Below are positions 1 through 11,215 of a stretch of DNA of 64,000 bases, one piece after another (the first letter of the stretch is position 1; each line of letters starts with the position of its first letter). The notes below the pieces were generated by a model. The model saw only the letters and a list, made by a program, of their open reading frames with translations. It made no database searches and had not been told where the DNA came from. This DNA is from Synechocystis sp. Its GTDB lineage: Bacteria > Cyanobacteriota > Cyanobacteriia > Cyanobacteriales > Microcystaceae. A program made the translations under genes and the position numbers. The stretch is taken from positions 122 to 64,121 of the forward strand of contig JBGSZT010000054.1 in NCBI GenBank assembly GCA_041750255.1. The letters run 5' to 3'.

Positions 1-728
1 GTGTTGCGTCTGCCGACATAGGCTTTATCCCCAATGAATTTAAGACCCTCTGGCAACTCGACTTGCGTCTCTTCGAATAGTTTACTATCGCTGCGGGGTC
101 CCTTTTCACCGATAACCACATCGACAATATCCGTGCCCTTGGGTAGGCTAATCAATTGATTCTTGAATGTGTGGTTCCCTTTTTTACCAGAATAGTGGGC
201 TTTCTGCTTGTCATTATCCTGTGGACGTGGAATCGGTTGCTCCCAGGTATCAACCAATAGTTCGCCCTCCGGTAACGACGCCAACCACTCCTCTAGTTCT
301 GCCCGTTCGATGCTGTCGCACTCTTGTTGCCATTGCTCTAACAAACTGGCGGGCAAACCTTTCCGAAGATAAGGTAGCATCTCATGGATGTAGTTCCAGA
401 CCGTTGATTCAGCGCATCCAATCGTTTCCGCTAAAGCTTTCATCGTCCAATGTTGCCTTAGATAAAGCAGCGTCACCAATAGTCGACATAGTACTTCGGC
501 TTCCTTTTTGCGCCCTCCCCCTGCCTGCCGTTTGCGGACTGAGTCGTTCATCCGCTGTTGCCGCTCCTCTCGAACCATTTCATTGACTCGTTGCCATAAC
601 TCCCATAGAGCGGTTCTACCCAAGCCAATCATTCTTTTGCCCTCTTTTGGGCGAGCATCTACCAGATGCAGAATTCGGTTGAAAAAGCTCTGATCCATTA
701 TGTCTACTGGTAACTCGGGCTTCTTCAT
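1..728 (-). CDS. IS5-family transposase (HTH_Tnp_4 plus DDE_Tnp_4 type), 3' part outside window
   Basis: Manual translation from ATG 728 is open to the window edge: MKKPELPVDIMDQ...RKRQAGGGRKK..LLVTLLYLRQHWTMKALAETIGCAESTVWNYI...LLVDTWEQPIPRP..HYSGKKGNHTFKNQ...FIGDKAYVG. Absent from the ORF track because there is no stop in the window. Confidence 0.88.
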   Translation of the reverse strand, partial: MKKPELPVDIMDQSFFNRILHLVDARPKEGKRMIGLGRTALWELWQRVNEMVREERQQRMNDSVRKRQAGGGRKKEAEVLCRLLVTLLYLRQHWTMKALAETIGCAESTVWNYIHEMLPYLRKGLPASLLEQWQQECDSIERAELEEWLASLPEGELLVDTWEQPIPRPQDNDKQKAHYSGKKGNHTFKNQLISLPKGTDIVDVVIGEKGPRSDSKLFEETQVELPEGLKFIGDKAYVGRRN

Positions 729-761
729 TCTCTCATGTCTGCTTATTCTTGAAGAACTCTA
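1..761 (-). mobile_element. IS5-family (ISL2/IS702-like) insertion sequence, cut by the window start
   Basis: Contains the transposase ORF below. The element end is tentatively placed at 761, where the minus strand reads TAGAGTTCTTCAAGAATAAG; the partner inverted repeat is outside the window. Confidence 0.7.
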
Positions 762-794
762 ATCAACTTAAAAGAGGCTTTAGCTAGAATTTAT

Positions 795-1691
795 TTATAG
801 TTTTTCCGCCCAACGTAACTTAGCCGAGCGAGAGCGGGGATTTTCGGTTTGTTCGATCGCCGTGGGTAAAATGGGCTTTTTAGTCAAAACCTGGAGATCA
901 GTGGATTCTCGGAAGCGATGCTTAACCAAACGGTCTTCTAGGCTATGGAAACTAATAATTCCTAGGTGGCCTCCGGGTTTGAGCCACAACGGAGATTGCG
1001 CCAGAAATCGCTCTAAAGACCCCAATTCATCATTCACGACAATGCGTAATGCTTGAAAAACCCGCGTGGCGGGATGAATGCGCCCATAGCGATATTTAGC
1101 GGGGACACAACTGGCGATCGCCTGGGCCAGCTCCGTCGTGGTGTTAAAAGGACGATTTTGTACCAGATTACGGGCGATTCTGCGGGATAGTCGTTCTTCC
1201 CCGTATTCAAAAAAGATTTTTGCCAGTTCCTGCTCCGACCAATGATTCACCACCATCGCCGCCGTCAGGTCTTGACCTTGGTCCATCCGCATATCCAAGG
1301 GAGCAGTCTGGCGAAAACTAAAGCCCCGCTCCGCCTGGTCTAACTGGGGAGAACTCACGCCTAGATCAGCAATAACTCCGTCATAGAATCCAGTATTTGC
1401 CGGAAAATCAGCAAAATTCCCCTGCCAAAACTCTACCTGGCCCGACGAAAAACCCGCTAGCCGTTGACGAGCGGCGGCGATCGCCTGATTATCTCTGTCA
1501 ATCAAAGTTAGATGAATCCGAGGATTAACAGTGAGCAAATGAAAACTATGACCACCTGCACCGGCCGTTGCGTCTAAATAATGTCCTTGATCATGAAGGC
1601 TTAGCCCTTGCACCAACTCATCTTTAAGGACAGAACGATGACTAAATTCAGGGGTATCGAGGTCAGAAACAAAGGATTCATTGATGGCCAT
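795..1691 (-). CDS. rsmH: 16S rRNA m4C1402 methyltransferase RsmH (MraW)
   Basis: [67 protein letters not shown] motifs. Confidence 0.97.
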   Translation of the reverse strand: MAINESFVSDLDTPEFSHRSVLKDELVQGLSLHDQGHYLDATAGAGGHSFHLLTVNPRIHLTLIDRDNQAIAAARQRLAGFSSGQVEFWQGNFADFPANTGFYDGVIADLGVSSPQLDQAERGFSFRQTAPLDMRMDQGQDLTAAMVVNHWSEQELAKIFFEYGEERLSRRIARNLVQNRPFNTTTELAQAIASCVPAKYRYGRIHPATRVFQALRIVVNDELGSLERFLAQSPLWLKPGGHLGIISFHSLEDRLVKHRFRESTDLQVLTKKPILPTAIEQTENPRSRSAKLRWAEKL

Positions 1692-1836
1692 GCGTTAAAT
1701 TGAATTAAGTAAATTCCCGTGGAATTCGAGCCAGAGATGATCCCCTCAGGAACTTATCATCACCAAAATTATTCAAAAAGGGGAGAGAACCTTGCTGGGA
1801 TTTCGATATCATATTATTCAGAGCGACTAAACGCGC

Positions 1837-2316
1837 ATGATTATTAGCTCCCGTCCCTTAAACGACTTGAACAAAGTTCTGAGTCGATTTTTTATTGCTA
1901 ATTCCCTTGCTATTTTAGGGATTTTGGGTGGAGTCATCCCAGAAGTGAACTGGCGACCCGCCCCCATTGTATTTAGCCAACGAGCCCATACCCAAGATTT
2001 TAACCAAAATCAAATAAATCAATATGCCCAGGCGGTATTAGACATTGAAGTCAAACGAAAAATCGCCTACAGCAAAATTCAGGAGATCATTGGCCGCATC
2101 CCGTCTCAGATCTCCTGCAACCAAAAAGAGACCATCAAACAGCTCCCCCGGGAGGCCCAGGTGGTCGCCGTCAATTTTTGTAATGAATCTAAAAAAGTCG
2201 CGCTAGCCACCGGACTCACCGCCGCCCAATTCAATGCCATTACCGAAGCGGCCCAGAAAGACACAGCCCTCAAAAAACGGATTCAAAAAGCCATTGTGCA
2301 GATTCGCACACCCTAA
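1837..2316 (+). CDS. DUF4168-family protein
   Basis: N-terminal hydrophobic segment, then YAQAVLDIE..R, AVNFCNES, GLT..QFNAIT pattern of the cyanobacterial DUF4168 family. Confidence 0.75.
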   Translation: MIISSRPLNDLNKVLSRFFIANSLAILGILGGVIPEVNWRPAPIVFSQRAHTQDFNQNQINQYAQAVLDIEVKRKIAYSKIQEIIGRIPSQISCNQKETIKQLPREAQVVAVNFCNESKKVALATGLTAAQFNAITEAAQKDTALKKRIQKAIVQIRTP

Positions 2317-2486
2317 CCACGACTTAAAACGCCTAGGGCTTGTAGACCCCCCACTTGGGTGAGGAAATTTCCCTCAATGCCCCTTATGCACGGGAAATGT
2401 TAAGAGATTCGCTACAATGATTTTACCTTTACTATTCCATGTGTCCCGATTTGACCTTCCGTTAGAACGGCGATCGCCTAAATAAA

Positions 2487-3437
2487 ATGACTATCGATAA
2501 CATCCGCCTCAGAAACGAATTCATTAACACTCAGGTCATTGCCCGCAACACCGGCCGGAAGTTGGGTGTTGTTAAAGATGTTTTAGTCGATATTGACCAA
2601 CGGGAAATCGTTGCCCTAGGTCTGCGGGATAATGCGCTATCCCTGTCGGGGATGCCTCAGTATATTTACCTGAACCGCATCTGCCAGACCGGAGATGTGG
2701 TGCTAGTCGAAGATGAAGATATTTTTGAAACCGTAGATATCGATGTCTACACTACCCTGATCAATAGCGAAGTGATTACCGAAACCGGCGAGCCCCTCGG
2801 TCGGGTCAGAGATTTCCAGTTTAATCTCGACAATGGCAAAGTCTCCTCCATCATTATTTCCTCCCTGGGGTTTCCTCAAATCCCCGACCAACTAATCAGC
2901 ACCTACGAGCTGTCCATGGAGGAGGTGGTGAGCAGTGGTCCTAACCGCCTAATCGTGTTTGAAGGAGCCGAAGAACGCCTCAGTCAGCTTACCGTTGGCA
3001 TTTTAGAACGTCTTGGCATTGGTCGTCCCGCCTGGGAACGGGATCAAGAAGAGATTTACTATCCGCCCACCACTCGTCCCGAAAATCAATTGGGCAGTGG
3101 TATCCCCGTCAGAACTCCAGTTCAAGTGCGTCAACCCGAACCCGTCGCTGATGAACGCTGGCACGAAGACGATTGGCAAGAAACTCGCCCTGTTCCGCCC
3201 CTTCGCCGTCAGGCAGAGGTCAGCCGCTACGAAGAGGACGACTACGAAACTGACAATTGGGGTGAAGCGAGCCTAGAAACTCAGGTTCCGACGACTAACT
3301 ACGATTACCAAGAAGAAGACTACAACGACTACGAAGGCGATGTTTGGGACGACAGCGAACCCGAACCCTACAATCCCCCTCGGGTTAATATTCCTGAAAC
3401 GCGACGGGAAAAAATGCCCGAATACTATGAAGAATAA
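2487..3437 (+). CDS. Tandem PRC-barrel domain protein with acidic low-complexity C-terminus
   Basis: Two PRC repeats (VIARNTGRKLGVV; VITETGEPLGRVRDF) and a D/E/Y/W-rich tail. Confidence 0.85.
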   Translation: MTIDNIRLRNEFINTQVIARNTGRKLGVVKDVLVDIDQREIVALGLRDNALSLSGMPQYIYLNRICQTGDVVLVEDEDIFETVDIDVYTTLINSEVITETGEPLGRVRDFQFNLDNGKVSSIIISSLGFPQIPDQLISTYELSMEEVVSSGPNRLIVFEGAEERLSQLTVGILERLGIGRPAWERDQEEIYYPPTTRPENQLGSGIPVRTPVQVRQPEPVADERWHEDDWQETRPVPPLRRQAEVSRYEEDDYETDNWGEASLETQVPTTNYDYQEEDYNDYEGDVWDDSEPEPYNPPRVNIPETRREKMPEYYEE

Positions 3438-3440
3438 TAA

Positions 3441-4523
3441 CTAAAGCATCGATATAACCCAGTCTTTGACCACCAGGGCAGTGGCGGGAGCCAATAGTAC
3501 TCCATTTCGGTAATGTCCGGTGGCTAGCAAGACCCCAGGATGCTCCGCTAAGGGGCGTATGACTGGAGCCGATTCTCCGTCAGGGCGCGGTCGCTGTCCA
3601 CTCCAGGTGCGGACAATCTGCGCTTGGGCTAGGCCTGGGTAGGTGGTAATCACGGTTTGCCAGAGGGAATCTCTAAGCAAGGGATCTGGAAGGAAGTTTG
3701 CCGGGTTTGTGGGAAATTCCACCGTGGCTCCAATCCAATAATGTCCTCCACTGAGGGGAACTAGATGAATATCGTGATAGCTCAAAACGGGTTGAAATTC
3801 GGCTAATCCTAGGGGTTGATCGAGTCTTACTTCTAGGGCTTGGCCGGTCACGGGCTGGAGTTGAATGACTGAAGTTAGCTGACTAGATCCTAACCCGGCG
3901 CTAATAATCACGATTTTGGCCTCAAGGGAACCCTGGGTTGTCGGGAGTAAATATTTTTTCTCTCCTGTTGGGGCCAGACCCAGAACCTCCAGTCCAAAAT
4001 GGGTATGAACACCCCGCATTTGAGCCGCTAACACCAAGGCTTGGGTAAAGGTGCGGGGATCGATCTGTCGGTCACGGGGAGAATAAATGGCCCCACCGAG
4101 GGGAATGGCACTGACCTGGGGACAGTGTTTTTTGACCATGGCTAAGTCCCACAGTTCCAAGGGATAGCCTTGGCTTTGGCGTAAGGCTTGCAGTCGTTGC
4201 CAGGGCGTAAAATCTTCGTCTGAACTCTGGAGTAGCAAAATACCTTGACGATTGACGGCAATCGTCTGTTGGGTTAGAGCCTCGAGTTCTGGAATTAAGG
4301 TTTCTAATCGCTCTAAACTTTTCTGCCGCAGAGCCCAGGCTCGCCCTTTGGTTTTACGGCTAATCACCCCCATCAAAACTCCCAGGGCCGCGCCCGTTGA
4401 GCCTTGTCCCGGTTCCTGGGCATCCACCAGGGCAATGTTTAATCCTGATATTGCACTCAATTCGTAGGCGATCGCCGCCCCTATGACTCCCGCGCCAACG
4501 ATCACAACCTGGGTCATATCCAA
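3441..4523 (-). CDS. FAD-dependent oxidoreductase, DAO/glycine-oxidase family
   Basis: VVIVGAGVIG Rossmann motif, WSGQRPRP, ATGHYRNGVLLAPATA. Confidence 0.9.
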   Translation of the reverse strand: MDMTQVVIVGAGVIGAAIAYELSAISGLNIALVDAQEPGQGSTGAALGVLMGVISRKTKGRAWALRQKSLERLETLIPELEALTQQTIAVNRQGILLLQSSDEDFTPWQRLQALRQSQGYPLELWDLAMVKKHCPQVSAIPLGGAIYSPRDRQIDPRTFTQALVLAAQMRGVHTHFGLEVLGLAPTGEKKYLLPTTQGSLEAKIVIISAGLGSSQLTSVIQLQPVTGQALEVRLDQPLGLAEFQPVLSYHDIHLVPLSGGHYWIGATVEFPTNPANFLPDPLLRDSLWQTVITTYPGLAQAQIVRTWSGQRPRPDGESAPVIRPLAEHPGVLLATGHYRNGVLLAPATALVVKDWVISML

Positions 4524-5884
4524 CTCCGTAATAACATCCGCAATGAAAAGGCTTGGGGAGTCAGCGGTAAGCCCAAAAAGAGCGGCAACCAGAATATAAA
4601 GCCAAAACTAATCAGACCCAAGGCCGTTAAACCGATAATCCGCGCCAAATGTTGGTGACTGGCGAGTAAACGCTCCAAAATCAACGCTAGAGCGAACCAA
4701 CTGAAGAGGTAGGCGGGCATATAGTGATAAAAAAATGTGCAACGACTAATCTTTAACCAGGGCAAAAGATTTACTAAATAATTCACGCCAATATACATAC
4801 TCATTTCCCGCAAAAAATGTTCTGGGCGGTCCTGCCGCCGCCAATTTCCCAGCACTGAACCGGCTAAAATCAGCATTGATCCGGATGACAACCAGAGCAA
4901 AATTGGGTTTGCCATACTATGAACATCATAAATAACCCCGTAGCGAGTGGTTTGGTAATAGTAGGCGACTGGCCGCCAAAGAACGAGCCAGCTATACCAG
5001 GGTGAACAGTAGGGATGCACGTCTGGAGTGTTGCCGATGCGTTGATGATATTGCCAGGTTTCCACCTGAATCCGCCAAAATCCGTTTAAAGAGGCGTACT
5101 CAGGATTCATGATCAGATGGGGAATCCAAAGTAGGCTGTAGGTCAGTAGCGGTAAAATGACGAGATAGAGTAAAGCCTGGAGAGGCGAAATCCGCTGGAG
5201 TCGTCCCAAAAGACCCGAAGCAAAGAATGTTTCTTTGCGCCGAAATTTTAACGCCCAGACTCCTAGCCAGAGGAGATAGACCGCTAACAAAAAGGCAAAG
5301 CCATTCCATTTGACACTGCCTGCACAGCCGAGAGAAATACCCGTCAGGGCTAATTGCCAGATTTTTCCTTGCCGTAGATAGTTTAGAAGGCAAATATGCC
5401 CGAGTAATCCAAAAAAAATCAAATAAATATTATTCAGGGCGTAGCGCGACTCTACCAAATACAGACCATCCAGAGCCGCTAAGACCATCACCAACAGCGT
5501 TAAACGTCGCCGCCGTGTCAGTAGATAGGCGATTGCCCCCACCAGTAGGGGAATGGTAGAACCGACCAGGGCATTGAGCCAACGATAACTCCAGGTAGAC
5601 CGTAAAGACCCCGTTAGTTCATTTAAGGTATCCGGGCTAGCGGGAAACAAGGAGCCGATGCCCATACCCACGGCAATGAGGTAATGACTTAACGGAGGAT
5701 GAGATGGAAAAAAAGGCTTGCCCAACCAATAATCATTGGCAAATTTGGCGTAGTAAACTTCATCAAAAACCAAGGCATTGAATTGGTCTAAATGCCAAAA
5801 TCGCAGAGAAAGTGAAAAAGCAAAGACGATGGCGATCGCCCATTGGAACCCAGAAATCCTCAGCCTGGGGGATAAGTCACTCAT
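4514..5884 (-). CDS. Lipid-carrier-dependent glycosyltransferase (PMT/GT39-like protein O-mannosyltransferase)
   Basis: VFDEVYY, HPPL, ESRYAL, VKWNG, HPYCSPWYSW, FFYHYMP; multiple TM segments. Confidence 0.88.
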   Translation of the reverse strand: MSDLSPRLRISGFQWAIAIVFAFSLSLRFWHLDQFNALVFDEVYYAKFANDYWLGKPFFPSHPPLSHYLIAVGMGIGSLFPASPDTLNELTGSLRSTWSYRWLNALVGSTIPLLVGAIAYLLTRRRRLTLLVMVLAALDGLYLVESRYALNNIYLIFFGLLGHICLLNYLRQGKIWQLALTGISLGCAGSVKWNGFAFLLAVYLLWLGVWALKFRRKETFFASGLLGRLQRISPLQALLYLVILPLLTYSLLWIPHLIMNPEYASLNGFWRIQVETWQYHQRIGNTPDVHPYCSPWYSWLVLWRPVAYYYQTTRYGVIYDVHSMANPILLWLSSGSMLILAGSVLGNWRRQDRPEHFLREMSMYIGVNYLVNLLPWLKISRCTFFYHYMPAYLFSWFALALILERLLASHQHLARIIGLTALGLISFGFIFWLPLFLGLPLTPQAFSLRMLLRSWI

Positions 5885-5944
5885 GCCGTTGCCCGAAAAA
5901 TAGTTTTGGCCAGGATAGCAGGGTTTTTAGTTCAAGATTTACAA

Positions 5945-5973
5945 TTGACACAAAGCGGCTGGGACGTTATGAT
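5945..5973 (+). promoter_or_regulatory. sigma70-type promoter of the rplC operon
   Basis: TTGACA (5945-5950), 17-bp spacer, TATGAT (5968-5973). Confidence 0.8.
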
Positions 5974-5979
5974 TGTTAA

Positions 5980-6282
5980 CTGCGGCTAAAAAGAATTTAG
6001 TTAGAATAATTTTTCTTCATCCTTTCTCGCCCACGTGCCCCTCAAAGATACTGAGAAAACATTTTCTTAAGTCTGACAGGAATGACGGCACATCCGCCCC
6101 GATCGCCATGTAGGACTAACTCTCCCTACCACTAGCAAACGTCGGCGACTGGTTAAGGCAAGTCTTAACCACCAGCTCAATTCTTGAATTATTCATGAAC
6201 CTGACCGGGATTATTCGTTTTCCCGAATTCGGCTTGTTGAGCTTTTTTGTTCTCTATATTTAATCTAAGTTGAGGGTTAAGC
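5980..6282 (+). promoter_or_regulatory. Structured 5' leader (about 300 nt) of the ribosomal protein operon
   Basis: Hairpin TGGTTAAGG-CAAG-TCTTAACCA (6150-6171); long stem AGCTCAA (6174-6180) pairing with TTGAGCT (6237-6243), enclosing CGGGA/TCCCG and followed by a T6 tract. Confidence 0.6.
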
Positions 6283-6924
6283 GTGTCTATCGGCATCTTA
6301 GGGACAAAACTGGGCATGACCCAGATTTTTGATCCAGAATTGGGGATTGCAATCCCTGTGACAGTGGTTCAAGCGGGGCCCTGTCCTGTTACCCAAGTAA
6401 AAACGCCTGAAACCGATGGATACACGTCTATCCAAATTGGCTTTCTTGATGTCAAAGAAAAGGCTCTCAGTAAGCCCGAACTTGGACATTTGCAAAAATC
6501 CAACTCGTCTCCGGTGCGTCACTTGCAAGAGTATCGCCTGGATGATGTCTCTAGCTACGAGCTGGGTCAAGCCATCACCGCCGATATTTTTGGGGCTGGC
6601 GACCTGGTGGATGTTGCCGGTAAAACCATCGGTCGTGGCTTCGCGGGCTATCAAAAGCGCCATAACTTTAAGCGGGGCAACATGACCCACGGTTCAAAGA
6701 ATCACCGCTTGCCCGGTTCGACGGGAGCTGGTACCACCCCAGGTCGGGTCTATCCCGGAAAACGGATGGCGGGGCACTACGGTGCTAGCCAGGTGACGAT
6801 TCGTCGCTTAACCGTTGTCAGGGTTGATCTAGAACGGAACCTATTGCTGATTAAGGGCGCATTACCGGGTAAGCCAGGCACCCTGCTCAGCGTTACTCCG
6901 ACCAAAAAAGTAGGTCGTAAATAA
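6283..6924 (+). CDS. rplC: 50S ribosomal protein L3
   Basis: [36 protein letters not shown]; GTG start. Confidence 0.98.
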   Translation: MSIGILGTKLGMTQIFDPELGIAIPVTVVQAGPCPVTQVKTPETDGYTSIQIGFLDVKEKALSKPELGHLQKSNSSPVRHLQEYRLDDVSSYELGQAITADIFGAGDLVDVAGKTIGRGFAGYQKRHNFKRGNMTHGSKNHRLPGSTGAGTTPGRVYPGKRMAGHYGASQVTIRRLTVVRVDLERNLLLIKGALPGKPGTLLSVTPTKKVGRK

Positions 6925-6961
6925 AGTTCTGATCATCCACGTCTGATTAACGGAAAGAATT

Positions 6962-7594
6962 ATGGTTAACTGTGTCGTAAAAAATTGGCAGGGAGAGGAG
7001 GTGGGAGAAGCCACCCTAACTCTCAAAGTGGCAAAAGATGAAAATGCTACTCATATTGTCCATCGTGCCCTAGTCCGTCAGCAAAATAATGCTCGCCAAG
7101 GCAATGCTAGCGCCAAGACTCGAGCAGAAGTTCGAGGCGGGGGACGTAAGCCCTGGAAACAAAAGGGAACAGGACGAGCCCGAGCCGGTTCGATTCGATC
7201 GCCATTATGGCGGGGTGGTGGTGTGATTTTTGGGCCCAAACCCCGAGACTACAGCACCAAAATGAACCGCAAGGAACGTCGCTTGGCCCTACGGACGGCG
7301 ATCACCGCCCAGAGCGAAAAAATGGTCATCGTTGAATCCTTTGTGGATCAGTTCAGTCAACCCAAAACCAAGGAGCTGGCATCGGCGCTGACTCGCTGGG
7401 GAGCCACGGAAAATAAACGGGCGCTATTGATTTTGACGGAAGTCCCGGAAAATATTTATCTTTCAGCGCGTAATATCCCCTATCTCAAGGTCCTGAGAGC
7501 TGACACTCTTAATATCTACGACATTCTCGTTGCCGATACGATTGTTGCTACGGCGGACGCCCTTGATCAACTCCAGGAGGTATACAGTGACTAG
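6962..7594 (+). CDS. rplD: 50S ribosomal protein L4
   Basis: [36 protein letters not shown]. Confidence 0.98.
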   Translation: MVNCVVKNWQGEEVGEATLTLKVAKDENATHIVHRALVRQQNNARQGNASAKTRAEVRGGGRKPWKQKGTGRARAGSIRSPLWRGGGVIFGPKPRDYSTKMNRKERRLALRTAITAQSEKMVIVESFVDQFSQPKTKELASALTRWGATENKRALLILTEVPENIYLSARNIPYLKVLRADTLNIYDILVADTIVATADALDQLQEVYSD

Positions 7595-7889
7595 ACCCGA
7601 TCCCCGCAACTTAGCTGACTTAATCGTCAAGCCCATTGTCACCGAGAAAGCGACCCTGCTCCTCGAAGACAACAAATATACCTTCGATGTTTTGCCCAAG
7701 GCCACCAAGCCAGAAATCAAAACCGCCATTGAACTTTTGTTTGATGTCAAAGTAACCAAGGTCAATACCGCTCGCCCTCCCCGTAAAACGAAGCGGGTCG
7801 GACGTTTCCTCGGATACAAACCCCAATTTAAGCGGGCGATCGTCACGCTCCAGGAAGGAGACTCCATTAGTCTTTTCCCTGATGTCTAA
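7587..7889 (+). CDS. rplW: 50S ribosomal protein L23
   Basis: [30 protein letters not shown]; GTG start at 7587 overlapping the rplD stop. Confidence 0.96.
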   Translation: MTRPDPRNLADLIVKPIVTEKATLLLEDNKYTFDVLPKATKPEIKTAIELLFDVKVTKVNTARPPRKTKRVGRFLGYKPQFKRAIVTLQEGDSISLFPDV

Positions 7890-7924
7890 CGTCAACTGAA
7901 CCGATTAGCGTATTAAGAAACATT

Positions 7925-8755
7925 ATGGGTATCCGTTCCTATCGGCCAATGACTCCGGGAACTCGGCAGGCGAGCGTCTCCGACTTTGCGGAGATCACCA
8001 AGAGTAAGCCGGAAAAATCTCTGACCACCAACCGCCATGACCACAAAGGTCGTAACAACCGGGGGGTAATCACGAGCCGCCACCGGGGTGGTGGACACAA
8101 ACAACTCTATCGGATCGTCGATTTTCGTCGCAATAAACGCGATATTCCCGCTAAAGTAGCGGCGATCGAGTACGACCCCAACCGCAATGCTCGTCTTGCT
8201 TTGCTTTTTTATACCGATGGCGAGAAACGCTATATTCTCGCCCCCGCCGGTTTAGCCGTCGGCACCACGATTATTGCTGGCGAGGATGCGCCCTTTGAAG
8301 TGGGCAATGCCCTACCCTTGAGCCGTATTCCCCTCGGTAGTGAAATCCATAACGTTGAGCTGATTGCTGGAAAAGGCGGACAAATGGTCCGCTCCGCCGG
8401 TGCCTTCGCTCAGGTCGTGGCTAAGGAAGGCGACTACGTCACCATCAAGCTTCCTTCCAAAGAAGTCCGCATGGTTCGCAAAGAATGCTACGCCACGCTC
8501 GGCCGAGTCGGCAATGCCGATTTTCGTAACCTAACCCTGGGTAAAGCCGGACGAACTCGTCACTTGGGTAAACGCCCCCATGTTCGTGGAAGTGTGATGA
8601 ACCCGGTGGATCACCCCCATGGTGGTGGTGAAGGAAGAGCTCCCATCGGACGTTCGGGCCCGGTTACCCCTTGGGGCAAACCGACCTTGGGTGCCAAAAC
8701 CCGCAACAAGAAAAAGCGGAGCAGTTCTCTGATTGTGCGTCGCCGCACCAAATAG
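7925..8755 (+). CDS. rplB: 50S ribosomal protein L2
   Basis: [36 protein letters not shown]. Confidence 0.99.
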   Translation: MGIRSYRPMTPGTRQASVSDFAEITKSKPEKSLTTNRHDHKGRNNRGVITSRHRGGGHKQLYRIVDFRRNKRDIPAKVAAIEYDPNRNARLALLFYTDGEKRYILAPAGLAVGTTIIAGEDAPFEVGNALPLSRIPLGSEIHNVELIAGKGGQMVRSAGAFAQVVAKEGDYVTIKLPSKEVRMVRKECYATLGRVGNADFRNLTLGKAGRTRHLGKRPHVRGSVMNPVDHPHGGGEGRAPIGRSGPVTPWGKPTLGAKTRNKKKRSSSLIVRRRTK

Positions 8756-8797
8756 AGACTCTTTTTACTGGTTTCATTCCACTATCTGGATTAAATT

Positions 8798-9079
8798 ATG
8801 GGTCGTTCTCTCAAAAAAGGACCGTTTGTCGCCGAGCATCTCCTTAAAAAAGTTGAAAAGCTTAACGCCAAAGGTGAAAAACAAGTCATCAAAACCTGGT
8901 CTAGGGCATCTACAATTTTGCCGGAAATGGTCGGGCATACCATCGCCGTTCACAACGGCAAACAACATGTACCTGTCTTTGTTTCCGAACAAATGGTGGG
9001 TCACAAATTAGGAGAATTTGCTCCTACCCGTAGCTTTAGAAGTCATTCTAAGAGCGACAAAAAAGCTGGTCGAAAATAA
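8798..9079 (+). CDS. rpsS: 30S ribosomal protein S19
   Basis: [27 protein letters not shown]. Confidence 0.99.
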   Translation: MGRSLKKGPFVAEHLLKKVEKLNAKGEKQVIKTWSRASTILPEMVGHTIAVHNGKQHVPVFVSEQMVGHKLGEFAPTRSFRSHSKSDKKAGRK

Positions 9080-9098
9080 GTCACGAGGTCAAATTGCT

Positions 9099-9461
9099 AT
9101 GGCGATAAATACGTTAGCCGAATCCAAGGCGATCGCCCGCTACGTACGAATGTCACCCTATAAAGTTCGTCGTGTGCTCGATCAAATTCGGGGACGCTCT
9201 TACCGAGAAGCGTTGATCATTCTAGAGTTCATGCCCTACAAGGCCTGCGATCCGATCCTCAAAGCCCTTCGTTCTGCCGTAGCGAACGCGGAGCACAATG
9301 ACGGATTAGACCCTACGACCCTGGTCGTTAGCCAAGCCTTTGCCGATGGAGGCCCCACCCTGAAGCGCTTTCGTCCCCGGGCTCAAGGTCGAGCCTACCA
9401 GATTCGCAAACCCACTTGTCACATTACGGTTGCCGTTGCACCGGAACTGACAAAAAACTAA
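9099..9461 (+). CDS. rplV: 50S ribosomal protein L22
   Basis: [26 protein letters not shown]; start moved to ATG 9099. Confidence 0.97.
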   Translation: MAINTLAESKAIARYVRMSPYKVRRVLDQIRGRSYREALIILEFMPYKACDPILKALRSAVANAEHNDGLDPTTLVVSQAFADGGPTLKRFRPRAQGRAYQIRKPTCHITVAVAPELTKN

Positions 9462-9494
9462 GCTAAACCGTTTACTTGCAAGGCAACTGAAACA

Positions 9495-10226
9495 ATGGGA
9501 CAAAAAATACATCCAGTAGGCTTTCGGCTCGGGATTACCAAGGAACACCTTTCCCGTTGGTATGCCGATCCGAAGCGTTACCCCGAACTATTGCAAGAAG
9601 ATTTTAAAATTCGGCAATACGTCGAAAAAAATCTAAGTAATGCGGGGATTGCGGACATTCGCATTGAACGCAAAGCCGACCAAATTGAACTTGGTATCCA
9701 CACCGCTAGACCTGGGGTAGTTGTGGGTCGCGGTGGTTCTGGCATTGAACAACTGCGCCAGGGGCTCCAAGTCGCCCTCGGTGGAACTCGTCAAATTCGG
9801 ATCAACGTCATTGAAGTTGCCCGGGTCGATGCCGATGCCGCCTTGATGGCCGAATATATTGGCCAACAGCTTGAACGTCGGGTCTCATTCCGTCGGGTTG
9901 TTCGCCAAGCAATTCAGCGGGCCCAACGGGCTGAGGTCAAGGGCATCAAAATTCAAGTGAGTGGGCGACTCAATGGTGCAGAAATTGCCCGGACTGAGTG
10001 GGTTCGTGAAGGACGTGTGCCTTTGCACACCCTCAGGGCTGATATTGATTACTCCTACCGCACCGCCAAAACTACCTACGGTATTTTAGGGATCAAGGTT
10101 TGGATCTTTAAAGGAGAAATTATTCCTGGGCAAGATAACCTTCCCGGAACTCCGGCACCGAGCCAGCCTCGACGCAATAAGTCTCGTCGCCAACAGTTTG
10201 AAGACCGTTCCGGGGATAGGGAATAG
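9495..10226 (+). CDS. rpsC: 30S ribosomal protein S3
   Basis: [40 protein letters not shown]. Confidence 0.99.
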   Translation: MGQKIHPVGFRLGITKEHLSRWYADPKRYPELLQEDFKIRQYVEKNLSNAGIADIRIERKADQIELGIHTARPGVVVGRGGSGIEQLRQGLQVALGGTRQIRINVIEVARVDADAALMAEYIGQQLERRVSFRRVVRQAIQRAQRAEVKGIKIQVSGRLNGAEIARTEWVREGRVPLHTLRADIDYSYRTAKTTYGILGIKVWIFKGEIIPGQDNLPGTPAPSQPRRNKSRRQQFEDRSGDRE

Positions 10227-10298
10227 GAATTAATGGACGAGATACTACCACGTCTCCCCTATTCAATTCTCCACTCAATAACTAATACTTGATTGATC

Positions 10299-10718
10299 AT
10301 GTTAAGTCCCAGAAGAACTAAATTCCGTAAACAACAGCGCGGACGAATGCGGGGTCTCGCCGAGCGGGGTAGCACCCTAAACTTTGGTGATTTCGCCCTA
10401 CAAGCGACGGAACCTTGCTGGATTACTTCCCGGCAAATCGAAGCCGCCCGTCGTGCCATGACCCGTTATATCAAACGGGGGGGGAAAATCTGGATTCGTA
10501 TTTTTCCCGACAAGCCGGTCACCATGCGCCCAGCGGAAACCCGGATGGGATCCGGTAAAGGCTCCCCTGAGTTTTGGGTCGCCGTCGTCAAGCCCGGACG
10601 CATTATGTTCGAGTTAGATGGCGTTACCGAGGAAGTCGCTCGGGAAGCGATGCGTTTAGCCGCTCAAAAGCTCCCCATCAAAACTAAATTTATTACCCGT
10701 GAAGTGGAGTACATTTAA
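10299..10718 (+). CDS. rplP: 50S ribosomal protein L16
   Basis: [30 protein letters not shown]. Confidence 0.98.
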   Translation: MLSPRRTKFRKQQRGRMRGLAERGSTLNFGDFALQATEPCWITSRQIEAARRAMTRYIKRGGKIWIRIFPDKPVTMRPAETRMGSGKGSPEFWVAVVKPGRIMFELDGVTEEVAREAMRLAAQKLPIKTKFITREVEYI

Positions 10719-10721
10719 ATC

Positions 10722-10943
10722 ATGCCCCTCCCTAAAATTGCCGATGTTAGAGAGCTCAGTGATGATGCCTTGGCGGAGGAAATCCTAGCTTCAAAGCGCA
10801 GGCTCTTTGAACTACGTTTTCAGCAGGCGACCCGTCGTTTGGAAAAAAACCATTTATTCAAACACACCCGCCATCGCTTAGCCCAATTACTCACCGTTGA
10901 GCGTGAGCGTCAACTTACCGCCCCTGCATCTGAGGAAGATTAA
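10722..10943 (+). CDS. rpmC: 50S ribosomal protein L29
   Basis: [27 protein letters not shown]; operon position. Confidence 0.96.
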   Translation: MPLPKIADVRELSDDALAEEILASKRRLFELRFQQATRRLEKNHLFKHTRHRLAQLLTVERERQLTAPASEED

Positions 10944-10948
10944 CCCCT

Positions 10949-11194
10949 ATGGCTATTAAAGAGCGTGTGGGAATGGTCATTAGTAACAAAATGGATAAAA
11001 CCGTGGTTGTTGCTGTGGAAAACCGCTCTCCCCATCCTAAATACGGCAAAATTGTCGTCAAAACCAAAAAATTCAAAGCTCACGATCAAGAAAACCAGTG
11101 CCAAGAAGGCGATCGGGTGCGGATTCAAGAAACCCGTCCCCTGAGCAAAACCAAGCGCTGGACAGTGACTGAAATCATGAGCCATCAATCTTAG
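10949..11194 (+). CDS. rpsQ: 30S ribosomal protein S17
   Basis: [28 protein letters not shown]. Confidence 0.98.
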   Translation: MAIKERVGMVISNKMDKTVVVAVENRSPHPKYGKIVVKTKKFKAHDQENQCQEGDRVRIQETRPLSKTKRWTVTEIMSHQS

Positions 11195-11215
11195 TTTTAC
11201 CCCCTGGAAATCGCT

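Noticed and set aside
167-693. Plus-strand ORFs 167-586 and 508-693
   Set aside because: Shadows of the minus-strand transposase; no recognisable motifs
3150-3437. Acidic D/E/Y/W pseudo-repeats in the PRC-barrel protein tail
   Set aside because: Low-complexity tail usual for this cyanobacterial family; no DNA-level repeat
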